A DNA stretch of 64,000 nucleotides. Origin: a virus. Location: positions 496-64,495 of the IMG/VR virus record IMGVR_UViG_3300035703_000082; one strand, given 5' to 3'. This document shows, one piece after another, positions 45,805 through 52,268 of this stretch (within the stretch, counting starts at the first letter, position 1; the number at the start of each line of letters is the position of its first letter). The translations under genes and the position numbers were made by a program. The notes under the pieces are model-generated. The model was not told the origin of the DNA. It was given only the letters and a program-made list of their open reading frames with translations, and did no database searches.

Positions 45805-46038
45805 ATGTACATCGACCGCGACCGAGTGACCTACCTCGACATTGACCGTGACGAAGACGGGCGCTACCCACGCCCTTCATCCTGGCAGACCTTCACATGC
45901 AGGAAGTGTGGCGAGCCCGCCACTGCCGACTGGCAAGACACCGGCATCGGTGCCTACGAGTACTGGGGTGCCAAGGGTGTGGACAAGCGCATGGAGCTGC
46001 TGAGCGACTGCTGCGGCGCAGAGGTCTACGAAGACTGA
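45805..46038 (+). CDS. Small Cys-containing protein
   Basis: CRKC...SDCCGAEV; RBS AAGGAG. Confidence 0.65.
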   Translation: MYIDRDRVTYLDIDRDEDGRYPRPSSWQTFTCRKCGEPATADWQDTGIGAYEYWGAKGVDKRMELLSDCCGAEVYED

Positions 46039-46096
46039 TACCGACTGATACCAACCCGGGGGAGACTTTCTCCCCCACAACCTGAAGGAGAGCGCA

Positions 46097-46801
46097 ATGC
46101 TGAACATCGACACCAACGCCAAGACCGTCAAGGGTCAGAAGTACGGCTACATGACGGGCGTCCTGTACCTGTCGCCCTACACCAAGTCCGGGCGCAACGT
46201 GTGCCCCCTGGCCCACAAGGCCGAGTGCCACGTGCCGTGCCTCGACACCGCCGGTCGGGGCGCATTCACCAACGTGCAGGACGCACGCATCGCCAAGACC
46301 CACCTGTTCTTCGACGACCGCGACGCCTTCATGGACCGCTTCGTGCGCGACGTCCTGCGCCTGGAGCGCATGGCCCTGGCCCGTGGCCTCATCCCCGTGT
46401 GCCGCCCCAACGGCACCTCGGACATCAAGTGGGAGAACGTCAGCTTCGACTTCAACGGGCATCACTACGCCAACATCTTCGAGATGTTCCCCTTCATGCA
46501 GTTCTACGACTACACGAAGACTCCCGGGCGTAACGTCTCCCACATCCACAACTACGACCTGACTTTCAGCTACTCCGGCACCGACCCCTTCCGCCCCTAC
46601 GTGCGCAACGCGATGGAGCAGGGCATGCGCATCGCTGTGGTCTTCCGCTCCCGTGGCGACATCCCCGAGACCTTCCTGGGTATGGAGTGCGTGGACGGGG
46701 ACGATAGTGACCTGCGCTTCCTCGACCCGCAGGGTGTAGTCGTGGCGCTCTACGCCAAGGGACGCGCACGCCTGGATGCGTCAGGCTTCGTGGTGGGGTA
46801 G
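46097..46801 (+). CDS. Gp88-like protein (Cys cluster, possibly radical-SAM-derived)
   Basis: NVCP...C...CL.TAGRG, RPNGTSDI.WE, QFYDYTK, DGD.SDLRFLDP. Confidence 0.7.
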   Translation: MLNIDTNAKTVKGQKYGYMTGVLYLSPYTKSGRNVCPLAHKAECHVPCLDTAGRGAFTNVQDARIAKTHLFFDDRDAFMDRFVRDVLRLERMALARGLIPVCRPNGTSDIKWENVSFDFNGHHYANIFEMFPFMQFYDYTKTPGRNVSHIHNYDLTFSYSGTDPFRPYVRNAMEQGMRIAVVFRSRGDIPETFLGMECVDGDDSDLRFLDPQGVVVALYAKGRARLDASGFVVG

Positions 46802-46820
46802 AGGAACAGTCATCAGTCAA

Positions 46821-46858
46821 GTCAAAAGCTTGACGCACAGATCGGGCTCGCATACACT
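46821..46858 (+). promoter_or_regulatory. sigma70 promoter with operator over the -35
   Basis: TTGACG-N17-TACACT; GTCAA-AAGC-TTGAC at 46821-46834. Confidence 0.8.
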
Positions 46859-46934
46859 GCGGGCTCCTGTGGAGCAGCCACGCATCAACCTCTACAAGTC
46901 CTTGCTGCTCAAGGGCTTGCGTGTCGGAGTACAC

Positions 46935-47207
46935 ATGTTCCAGATTGTTTCGGGCGTTCCGCTGCCCCCCGCCGCTCGTGGCCGTCGTGCCGTCGAGCTG
47001 CCGCTCGCCCAGATGAACGCGGGCGACTCGTTCCTGATTCCCTTCGTGCCGGCGGGCGATGACGGCAAGAAGACCCTGGAGTCGTGGCGGCGCAAGGTGC
47101 TGGCTGCCAAGAAGAAGATCCAGAAGGAACACCCCGAGGCGGCGTACCGCACGGCGGTCGTCAACGACGAGCACGGCCAAGGCCTGCGCGTCTGGTGCAC
47201 TGCCTGA
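46935..47207 (+). CDS. Small putative DNA-binding protein
   Basis: MFQIVSGVPLP...LPLAQMNAGDSFLIP...GLRVW; similar to 63115-63384. Confidence 0.65.
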   Translation: MFQIVSGVPLPPAARGRRAVELPLAQMNAGDSFLIPFVPAGDDGKKTLESWRRKVLAAKKKIQKEHPEAAYRTAVVNDEHGQGLRVWCTA

Positions 47208-47292
47208 CGCTACCGCGCTGCATCACTCAACGCTCTGCAAACGCAGGGCGTTTTTATTGGCTCGGCGCTTTGCGCCGCACAGGAGAGTACGC

Positions 47293-47493
47293 ATGAACGA
47301 AGCAAAAACCATGAAGGGTAGCAACACCCTAATTTTGTGCATGGCTGAAATGAAGGTGGCCTTGCAGGAATACATCGACACACGCCTCGGTGAGCATGCG
47401 CCGCGAGTAGTACACATTAAACTCTTCAACACAGCCGACTGGACATTTGCCGTCGAGCTGACAGATCGGCGTGAGCCCAAGGAGGCGGTATGA
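47293..47493 (+). CDS. Hypothetical protein
   Basis: RBS AGGAG; 66 aa. Confidence 0.5.
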   Translation: MNEAKTMKGSNTLILCMAEMKVALQEYIDTRLGEHAPRVVHIKLFNTADWTFAVELTDRREPKEAV

Positions 47494-47801
47494 CCAAGCA
47501 CACACCGGGACCGTGGACGCTGTACGGGCCTATGGGTACCGGGCATTTGCGCGGAGAAGAACCTTGGTTTTATGTTGGCGCCGACACGACGCTACATCTA
47601 CAAGTGGTGGCGTGCCCTGATGGGTATGTGATCGGTGAGAACGCTGCCAATGCACGCCTGATTGCCGCCGCGCCGGATTTGTTGGACGTTCTGCTGCGTG
47701 CCAAAGACATCATCGAGGCACTCGACGGAACATCGACGGAAAACGAGAAGTTGGTGGACGACTATCGCGCAGTCCTTGCCAAGGTAGAAGGAACGAAATG
47801 A
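47490..47801 (+). CDS. Hypothetical protein (MTKHTPGPW...ANARLIAAAPDLL family)
   Basis: Common phage motif HTPGPW and NARLIAAAPDL. Confidence 0.75.
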   Translation: MTKHTPGPWTLYGPMGTGHLRGEEPWFYVGADTTLHLQVVACPDGYVIGENAANARLIAAAPDLLDVLLRAKDIIEALDGTSTENEKLVDDYRAVLAKVEGTK

Positions 47802-48025
47802 CAACCCACGACCCCGTCAACCATCCCAAGCACTACACCGAGCACCCATCAGGTGTCGAGTGCATACAGATCACCGAGCACATGGGCTTCTGCCTGGGTA
47901 ACGCCATCAAGTACATCTGGCGTGCCGACCTCAAGGGCGATGCCATCGAGGATCTTCAGAAGGCGGTGTGGTATATCGAGAGGGAGATCAAGCGCCGTAA
48001 AGCGGCGTCGGGAGACGCCGAATGA
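47798..48025 (+). CDS. DUF3310 family protein
   Basis: DPVNHPKHY...ECI...FCLGNAIKYIWRA..K..IEDLQKA.WY. Confidence 0.85.
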   Translation: MTTHDPVNHPKHYTEHPSGVECIQITEHMGFCLGNAIKYIWRADLKGDAIEDLQKAVWYIEREIKRRKAASGDAE

Positions 48026-48174
48026 ACACCAAGATGCTTCGCAAGGCCCGGGCTCTCTGGGCCACGGGTAACCGACGCCTAGACCGAAGGAACCAGCTTG
48101 CCTGGGTCCGCGCAGTTCGTCGGCTTGGCGACAGGTGGCTGCTGGCGCAACATGTGGAAAGGAAGGAGCCATGA
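48022..48174 (+). CDS. Small basic protein (50 aa)
   Basis: Hand translation MNTKMLRKARALW...; ATGA overlaps on both sides. Confidence 0.6.
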   Translation: MNTKMLRKARALWATGNRRLDRRNQLAWVRAVRRLGDRWLLAQHVERKEP

Positions 48175-48410
48175 GCGGCGGGTATTTCGACTACGTTCAA
48201 GACCGCATGTTTCGCGCTGCTGACAGGTTGGCATCTCTCATTGAGACTGATGACCAATACAGCAAGGAGACGCTCGCAGAATTCGGCAAAGCCCTCGCTA
48301 CGCTTCGCGCTGCAGCAATCTATCTGCAGAGGATTGACTGGCTTGTCTCCGGCGACGACGGCGAAGAGACGTTTCATCAACGACTGAAGGAAGACCTGAA
48401 AAATGACTGA
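48171..48410 (+). CDS. Hypothetical protein
   Basis: MSGGYFDY...IDWLVSGDDGEETF; RBS AAGGAG. Confidence 0.7.
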   Translation: MSGGYFDYVQDRMFRAADRLASLIETDDQYSKETLAEFGKALATLRAAAIYLQRIDWLVSGDDGEETFHQRLKEDLKND

Positions 48411-48651
48411 CAAATACGAAGACGTCGTTTTCGACGACGGCACCGAGCCCACGGTATGGGCACGGTCTGGGCAACGGGCGCTGGGCACGGACCAACAGGG
48501 GCGCTACCCCGAGGCGGCGGAAGCCGCTACCGACATCGGCCAGGACGATGACCTGACCTCGTTCGACTGGGCTGCGCTGATCATCATCGGCACCGTGGCT
48601 GCCGTCACGGTAGTAGCCGGCGCTCTGGCGCTGTTGGGAGGTGGGGTATGA
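48403..48651 (+). CDS. Small membrane-anchored protein
   Basis: Acidic N-terminus, C-terminal transmembrane helix. Confidence 0.6.
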   Translation: MTDKYEDVVFDDGTEPTVWARSGQRALGTDQQGRYPEAAEAATDIGQDDDLTSFDWAALIIIGTVAAVTVVAGALALLGGGV

Positions 48652-49004
48652 CTACGTTACGCGAAGCCGCCCAGCAGTTCGTGGCCGACTACGAAAACGG
48701 CGATCTGGGAGACCTGAAGCACTACGCACGCGCCCTCCGCGCCGCGCTGGCGCAGGAGGAGCCGGCGCCGGCCTTGGTACATCGGAAACTGGTTGAGGTA
48801 CACGCAGATGGCACCGAAACATGGGCCGAGACGCCCCTCTACACCCACCCACCCCGCCGCGAGTGGCAGGGGTTGACGGAGGAGGATATCAACGCGATTT
48901 GGTGCGGCGCGGTAATGGCGCAGTCTACTAAGTCGCCAGGACTTGGGGTTAGCGGCTTCGCCCGCGCCGTCGAGGCCGCGCTGAAGGAGAAGAACAATGG
49001 CTGA
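48648..49004 (+). CDS. Hypothetical protein
   Basis: PLYTHPPRREWQGLTEEDI motif common in phage accessory genes. Confidence 0.65.
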   Translation: MTTLREAAQQFVADYENGDLGDLKHYARALRAALAQEEPAPALVHRKLVEVHADGTETWAETPLYTHPPRREWQGLTEEDINAIWCGAVMAQSTKSPGLGVSGFARAVEAALKEKNNG

Positions 49005-49242
49005 CCAACCCGAAGCCCTGCGACTGGCCGATGAACTCGATTACAAAGAGCAGCGGTTCCTTGAACCCTACCCAAGTGAATTGCGTCAAGCCGCAGCCGA
49101 ACTGCGCCGGCTGTACGCAGCCAACCTCAAACTCGCCGGGGCCATTGACATGATCCGCGAGACGCTGAATGGCGGCAACGTGGACGACCTGCTCTACATC
49201 ATCAACACTGCTCTGGCGGAGCACAGGGGGAATCATGGATAA
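48997..49242 (+). CDS. Hypothetical protein (EALRLAD...AAAELRRL family)
   Basis: 81 aa; shares motifs with the next gene. Confidence 0.65.
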   Translation: MADQPEALRLADELDYKEQRFLEPYPSELRQAAAELRRLYAANLKLAGAIDMIRETLNGGNVDDLLYIINTALAEHRGNHG

Positions 49243-49507
49243 GTCCGAAGCCCTGCGGCTGGCTGATCAATTGGATAGTCCAGACACCCTATGCACTGCA
49301 CCTGACATTCTAGGTGCCGCAGCCGAACTGCGCCGACTATATAAGATGAATCAGGACTTGCTAGAAGTAGTTCAGAAATACATTGCGTGGGCAGAGGCCG
49401 AGAACGACCACAAGGAAACCACCTTCTGGGAGCGCGTTGAAATGTGCCGCGAGGTCGATGCTCTTGCCCGCGCCGCCATCGCCAAAGCAGAAGGAGAGAA
49501 GACATGA
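49235..49507 (+). CDS. Hypothetical protein (EALRLAD...AAAELRRL family)
   Basis: Start MDKSEALRLAD at 49235. Confidence 0.65.
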   Translation: MDKSEALRLADQLDSPDTLCTAPDILGAAAELRRLYKMNQDLLEVVQKYIAWAEAENDHKETTFWERVEMCREVDALARAAIAKAEGEKT

Positions 49508-49731
49508 AAGACACCGGAGGACCGGCGTTTCCGTATGAGTTCAAGTACGGCGACGGCACAGCAAGCAGGGCGGAAGGCATGACCCTGCGCGACTACTTCG
49601 CGGCGAAGGCGATGCAGGCGTTGATGCATACACAGTACGCGGACATGACGTATGAAGGTGAACCCGCTGCTATGGCGTTTGAGGCCTATCGGCTGGCCGA
49701 CGCCATGCTGGCAGAGAGGAGCAAGACATGA
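49504..49731 (+). CDS. Hypothetical protein (GGPAFP...MTLRDYFAAKAMQ family)
   Basis: Widespread phage motif; RBS AAGGAG. Confidence 0.7.
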   Translation: MKDTGGPAFPYEFKYGDGTASRAEGMTLRDYFAAKAMQALMHTQYADMTYEGEPAAMAFEAYRLADAMLAERSKT

Positions 49732-49973
49732 CCCAAGAAGACATCATCCGCATGGCGCGGGAGGCCAATCGTTATGCCAGCCACCAAACAGGCGATAGCT
49801 TTGAGTGGCAAGAAATACGCGACGAACGCTTCGCCGCCCTCGTCGCCGCAGCAGAACGCGAGGCGTGTGCAAAGGTCGCGGAAACCACGATCTGCGACAC
49901 ACACCTGCCGACAGGCGTGCGGATTTACGGTAGCAAAGCCGCCGCAGCAATCAGAGCAAGGAGCAAGACATGA
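49728..49973 (+). CDS. Hypothetical protein (RFAALVAAAEREACA family)
   Basis: 81 aa; paralog of the next gene. Confidence 0.7.
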   Translation: MTQEDIIRMAREANRYASHQTGDSFEWQEIRDERFAALVAAAEREACAKVAETTICDTHLPTGVRIYGSKAAAAIRARSKT

Positions 49974-50176
49974 ATAATGCCGAACTTGACACCATGTGGT
50001 TCCAAGCGCAGCACGACGCCATCAAGGCGGGTGAGGATTACGCCCGGTACCGTTTTGCCGCCCTTGTCGCCGCAGCCGAGCGCGAGGCGTGCGCCGATAT
50101 CTGCGACCAGCACGCCAGCATTGAGGGCATCGCGCAGCGATGCGCAGCGGAGATCAGAGCAAGGGGGAACAAATGA
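49970..50176 (+). CDS. Hypothetical protein (RFAALVAAAEREACA family)
   Basis: 68 aa; ATGA-coupled. Confidence 0.7.
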   Translation: MNNAELDTMWFQAQHDAIKAGEDYARYRFAALVAAAEREACADICDQHASIEGIAQRCAAEIRARGNK

Positions 50177-50412
50177 CCTGCCCGGACTGCGAACGCCACA
50201 AACTCAGCGCCGCCATGTGGAGAAACAAGGCGTATGAACTCGGCGGTACACCGCTCCCGTGGGACGCGGACAAGAAGATCGAGGAGGCGGTAAAGCAGGA
50301 GCGCAAGCAACTCGCTGACACCCTGCAGCGCCAAGCCGACATCATGTCTGACCACTTCGAGGTGAGGTGGTTGATGGAATTGGCGAAGGAACTCCGAAGG
50401 AGGGCTGTATGA
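50173..50412 (+). CDS. Hypothetical protein
   Basis: MTCPDC...; ATGA-coupled. Confidence 0.6.
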   Translation: MTCPDCERHKLSAAMWRNKAYELGGTPLPWDADKKIEEAVKQERKQLADTLQRQADIMSDHFEVRWLMELAKELRRRAV

Positions 50413-50594
50413 CCTACCTCCCCAGTGACTTCGCCCGGTGCGCCAGCGCACACAGGCCTGAGTGCAGAGACTGCCTTCGGAACATCAACAACAGCCCCCT
50501 GGACCCCGCTGCCACCCGCACCGTGTGGATCGGCCCGTGGGTGCTTGACGAACCCTGTGAGTCCAAAGTCTATGAACCCAGACAGCATCCTTGA
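50409..50594 (+). CDS. Small Cys-rich protein
   Basis: DFARC...C..CLR...C. Confidence 0.55.
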   Translation: MTYLPSDFARCASAHRPECRDCLRNINNSPLDPAATRTVWIGPWVLDEPCESKVYEPRQHP

Positions 50595-50655
50595 TGCCGT
50601 CGTTGTGGCGGGGCTCGCCGGGGCGGCTGTCCTTTTGTTTTGGAGGTGGAGATGA
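50572..50655 (+). CDS. 27-aa membrane peptide
   Basis: MNPDSILDAVVVAGLAGAAVLLFWRWR. Confidence 0.4.
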   Translation: MNPDSILDAVVVAGLAGAAVLLFWRWR

Positions 50656-50795
50656 CTGACATGCACCCCTGTGGCCTGACCATGCGCCGCTGGTTGTGGC
50701 CTTTCAAGACCGACGAGGAACGCGCCATCGTCGCCCGGTGGTTTGCCAAGCAAGTCCGCGCTGAGCGCGGCCAAGGTGAGGAGGCGCTGTTATGA
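50652..50795 (+). CDS. Small hypothetical protein (47 aa)
   Basis: Hand translation MTDMHPCGLTMRRWLWPF...; GGAGG RBS; ATGA-coupled. Confidence 0.55.
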   Translation: MTDMHPCGLTMRRWLWPFKTDEERAIVARWFAKQVRAERGQGEEALL

Positions 50796-51013
50796 CTGAC
50801 GAGCGTCTAAACGAACTGATGAGCCCGCAGCCCACGGTTGTGGTGCGCTCTCTCGCCAAAGACCCGAACTACGTCAAGTGCCCGCGTTGCTGGCACTACA
50901 CGCATGAGGGGCTGCACAACTACGACAACCTGTGTGATCGTTGTTGCAATGTGCTGGTAAACCACTGGCCGAATCATGAGAGCGTGCCGCGTATCCTTGC
51001 GGCGAGGCGGTGA
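50792..51013 (+). CDS. Stand-alone FPG/IleRS-type zinc finger protein
   Basis: KCPRCWHYT...LCDRC matches the pattern of the C-terminal Zn finger of bacterial IleRS. Confidence 0.7.
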   Translation: MTDERLNELMSPQPTVVVRSLAKDPNYVKCPRCWHYTHEGLHNYDNLCDRCCNVLVNHWPNHESVPRILAARR

Positions 51014-51014
51014 C

Positions 51015-51383
51015 ATGGCCCTGAACGTCCACCTCAGTAACACCACTGCCTACGCGGCGGTGGTCGAGGCCCTGGTGTACGGCGGCGGCACGGTGCCTGA
51101 GCTTCACGAGACCTCGGGACTGGCGCTCAACACCACGCGCAAGTTCATCCGCGCCCTGCGCAGCCGCGACCTTGTCAGGGTTATCCTGTGGAAACGGGAC
51201 GCCTGGGGCCGGCACACAATCGCCGTCTACGCCTGGGGCAGCCCGCGCTACGACGCCAAGCGCCCGCCGCGCATGACATCGGCTGAACGATCCGCAAGAC
51301 TTAGGAGGAAGAAACGTGAGATGTCCGCAGTGCGGAGCCTGGAGCGAGGTGCGGGAGACACGCATGCCGCGCCGCAGGCGTGA
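51015..51383 (+). CDS. Winged-HTH-like protein
   Basis: TVPELHETSGLALNTTRKFIRALRSRDLV; GAGG RBS. Confidence 0.6.
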   Translation: MALNVHLSNTTAYAAVVEALVYGGGTVPELHETSGLALNTTRKFIRALRSRDLVRVILWKRDAWGRHTIAVYAWGSPRYDAKRPPRMTSAERSARLRRKKREMSAVRSLERGAGDTHAAPQA

Positions 51384-51528
51384 GTGCGGTAACGGACACC
51401 GCTTCACCACCATAGAACTCCCGGCGACTGATGCAGCGGCGTATACTGCAGCAGAAGCAGACAAACGAGATAAGTATTTGCGCAGTAGAGCCAAGCTCAT
51501 CGCGCTTGGCTACCTGCAACCAGACTGA
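51316..51528 (+). CDS. NrdR-like zinc ribbon protein
   Basis: MRCPQCG..SEVRETR..RRRREC.NGHRFTT.E. Confidence 0.7.
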   Translation: MRCPQCGAWSEVRETRMPRRRRECGNGHRFTTIELPATDAAAYTAAEADKRDKYLRSRAKLIALGYLQPD

Positions 51529-51715
51529 CAGCCCCGCGACGATAGTAGGGGGCCTTGCCTGCAGCCGGTTCTAGCATCGCACATGTGAAGCCGCCTGTGG
51601 CCGTTTACGTGAATCGTCCTGTGCGCCAACACAGAAGCGTAAGCGGACTTTCATACCCAGAGATCAGGGGAGGCTGGGAATGTGCGTTCCCTCCCCTACC
51701 TAACAAGGAAACAAT

Positions 51716-52018
51716 ATGGCAAAGACACCAGAGAAAATCGTCAAGGACATGTGCGTCGAGGTGCTGAAGACTTACGGCGCGTATTACTTCTTCCCGGTCA
51801 TGGGCGGCTACGGACGCTCAGGCATTCCGGACATCATTGCTTGCCTCAAAGGACACTTCATCGGCATCGAGTGCAAGGCCGGGTTCAACAAGACCACGCC
51901 GCTGCAGGACAAAGAGCTTGCGGCTATATCTGCAGCAGGCGGCACAACGCTCGTCGTGCGCGAAGACACGATCAACTTCCTCATCGAGGAACTCAGGAGG
52001 ATCAAGCATGGACATTAA
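51716..52018 (+). CDS. VRR-NUC / PD-(D/E)XK nuclease (resolvase-like)
   Basis: GIPDII.C..G.FIGIECKA...T.LQ. Confidence 0.85.
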   Translation: MAKTPEKIVKDMCVEVLKTYGAYYFFPVMGGYGRSGIPDIIACLKGHFIGIECKAGFNKTTPLQDKELAAISAAGGTTLVVREDTINFLIEELRRIKHGH

Positions 52019-52268
52019 GGAAATGGCGGAGAAAGCGCAGGAACTGCCTTTCGACCGCAAAGCTTCGTTGTTGCTCATGACGCAAGCGTTGCTGCAGTGT
52101 TTCATTGACCCAAAGTGGCATGCGGTGCTGGTATGGGTGGAAAACGAAGACACACTCAAGATGGCGTCAGCCAACGCCACCGCAGGAGAAAGTCTCGCGA
52201 TGCTTGCAACCGCAATGGACGGCGTCGCAAGCGCTACGGAGCAGCCTGAACAAGGAGAGTTGCATTGA
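52008..52268 (+). CDS. Hypothetical protein
   Basis: Start MDIKEM at 52008, AGGAGG RBS. Confidence 0.6.
   Translation: MDIKEMAEKAQELPFDRKASLLLMTQALLQCFIDPKWHAVLVWVENEDTLKMASANATAGESLAMLATAMDGVASATEQPEQGELH

Larger units (their letters stand above)
39850..46076. repeat. Dispersed 19-bp palindrome GGGGGAGA-NNN-TCTCCCCC, 10 copies
   Basis: Copies at 39850, 40355, 40678, 41116 (variant with ccGGGGAGA stem), 41158, 42370 (1 mismatch), 43061, 43776, 44350, 46058. Confidence 0.95.

Noticed and set aside
39850-46076. Palindromic repeats as a CRISPR array
   Set aside because: Spacing is 42-1,708 bp and irregular, the intervals are genes, and there is no leader or cas operon
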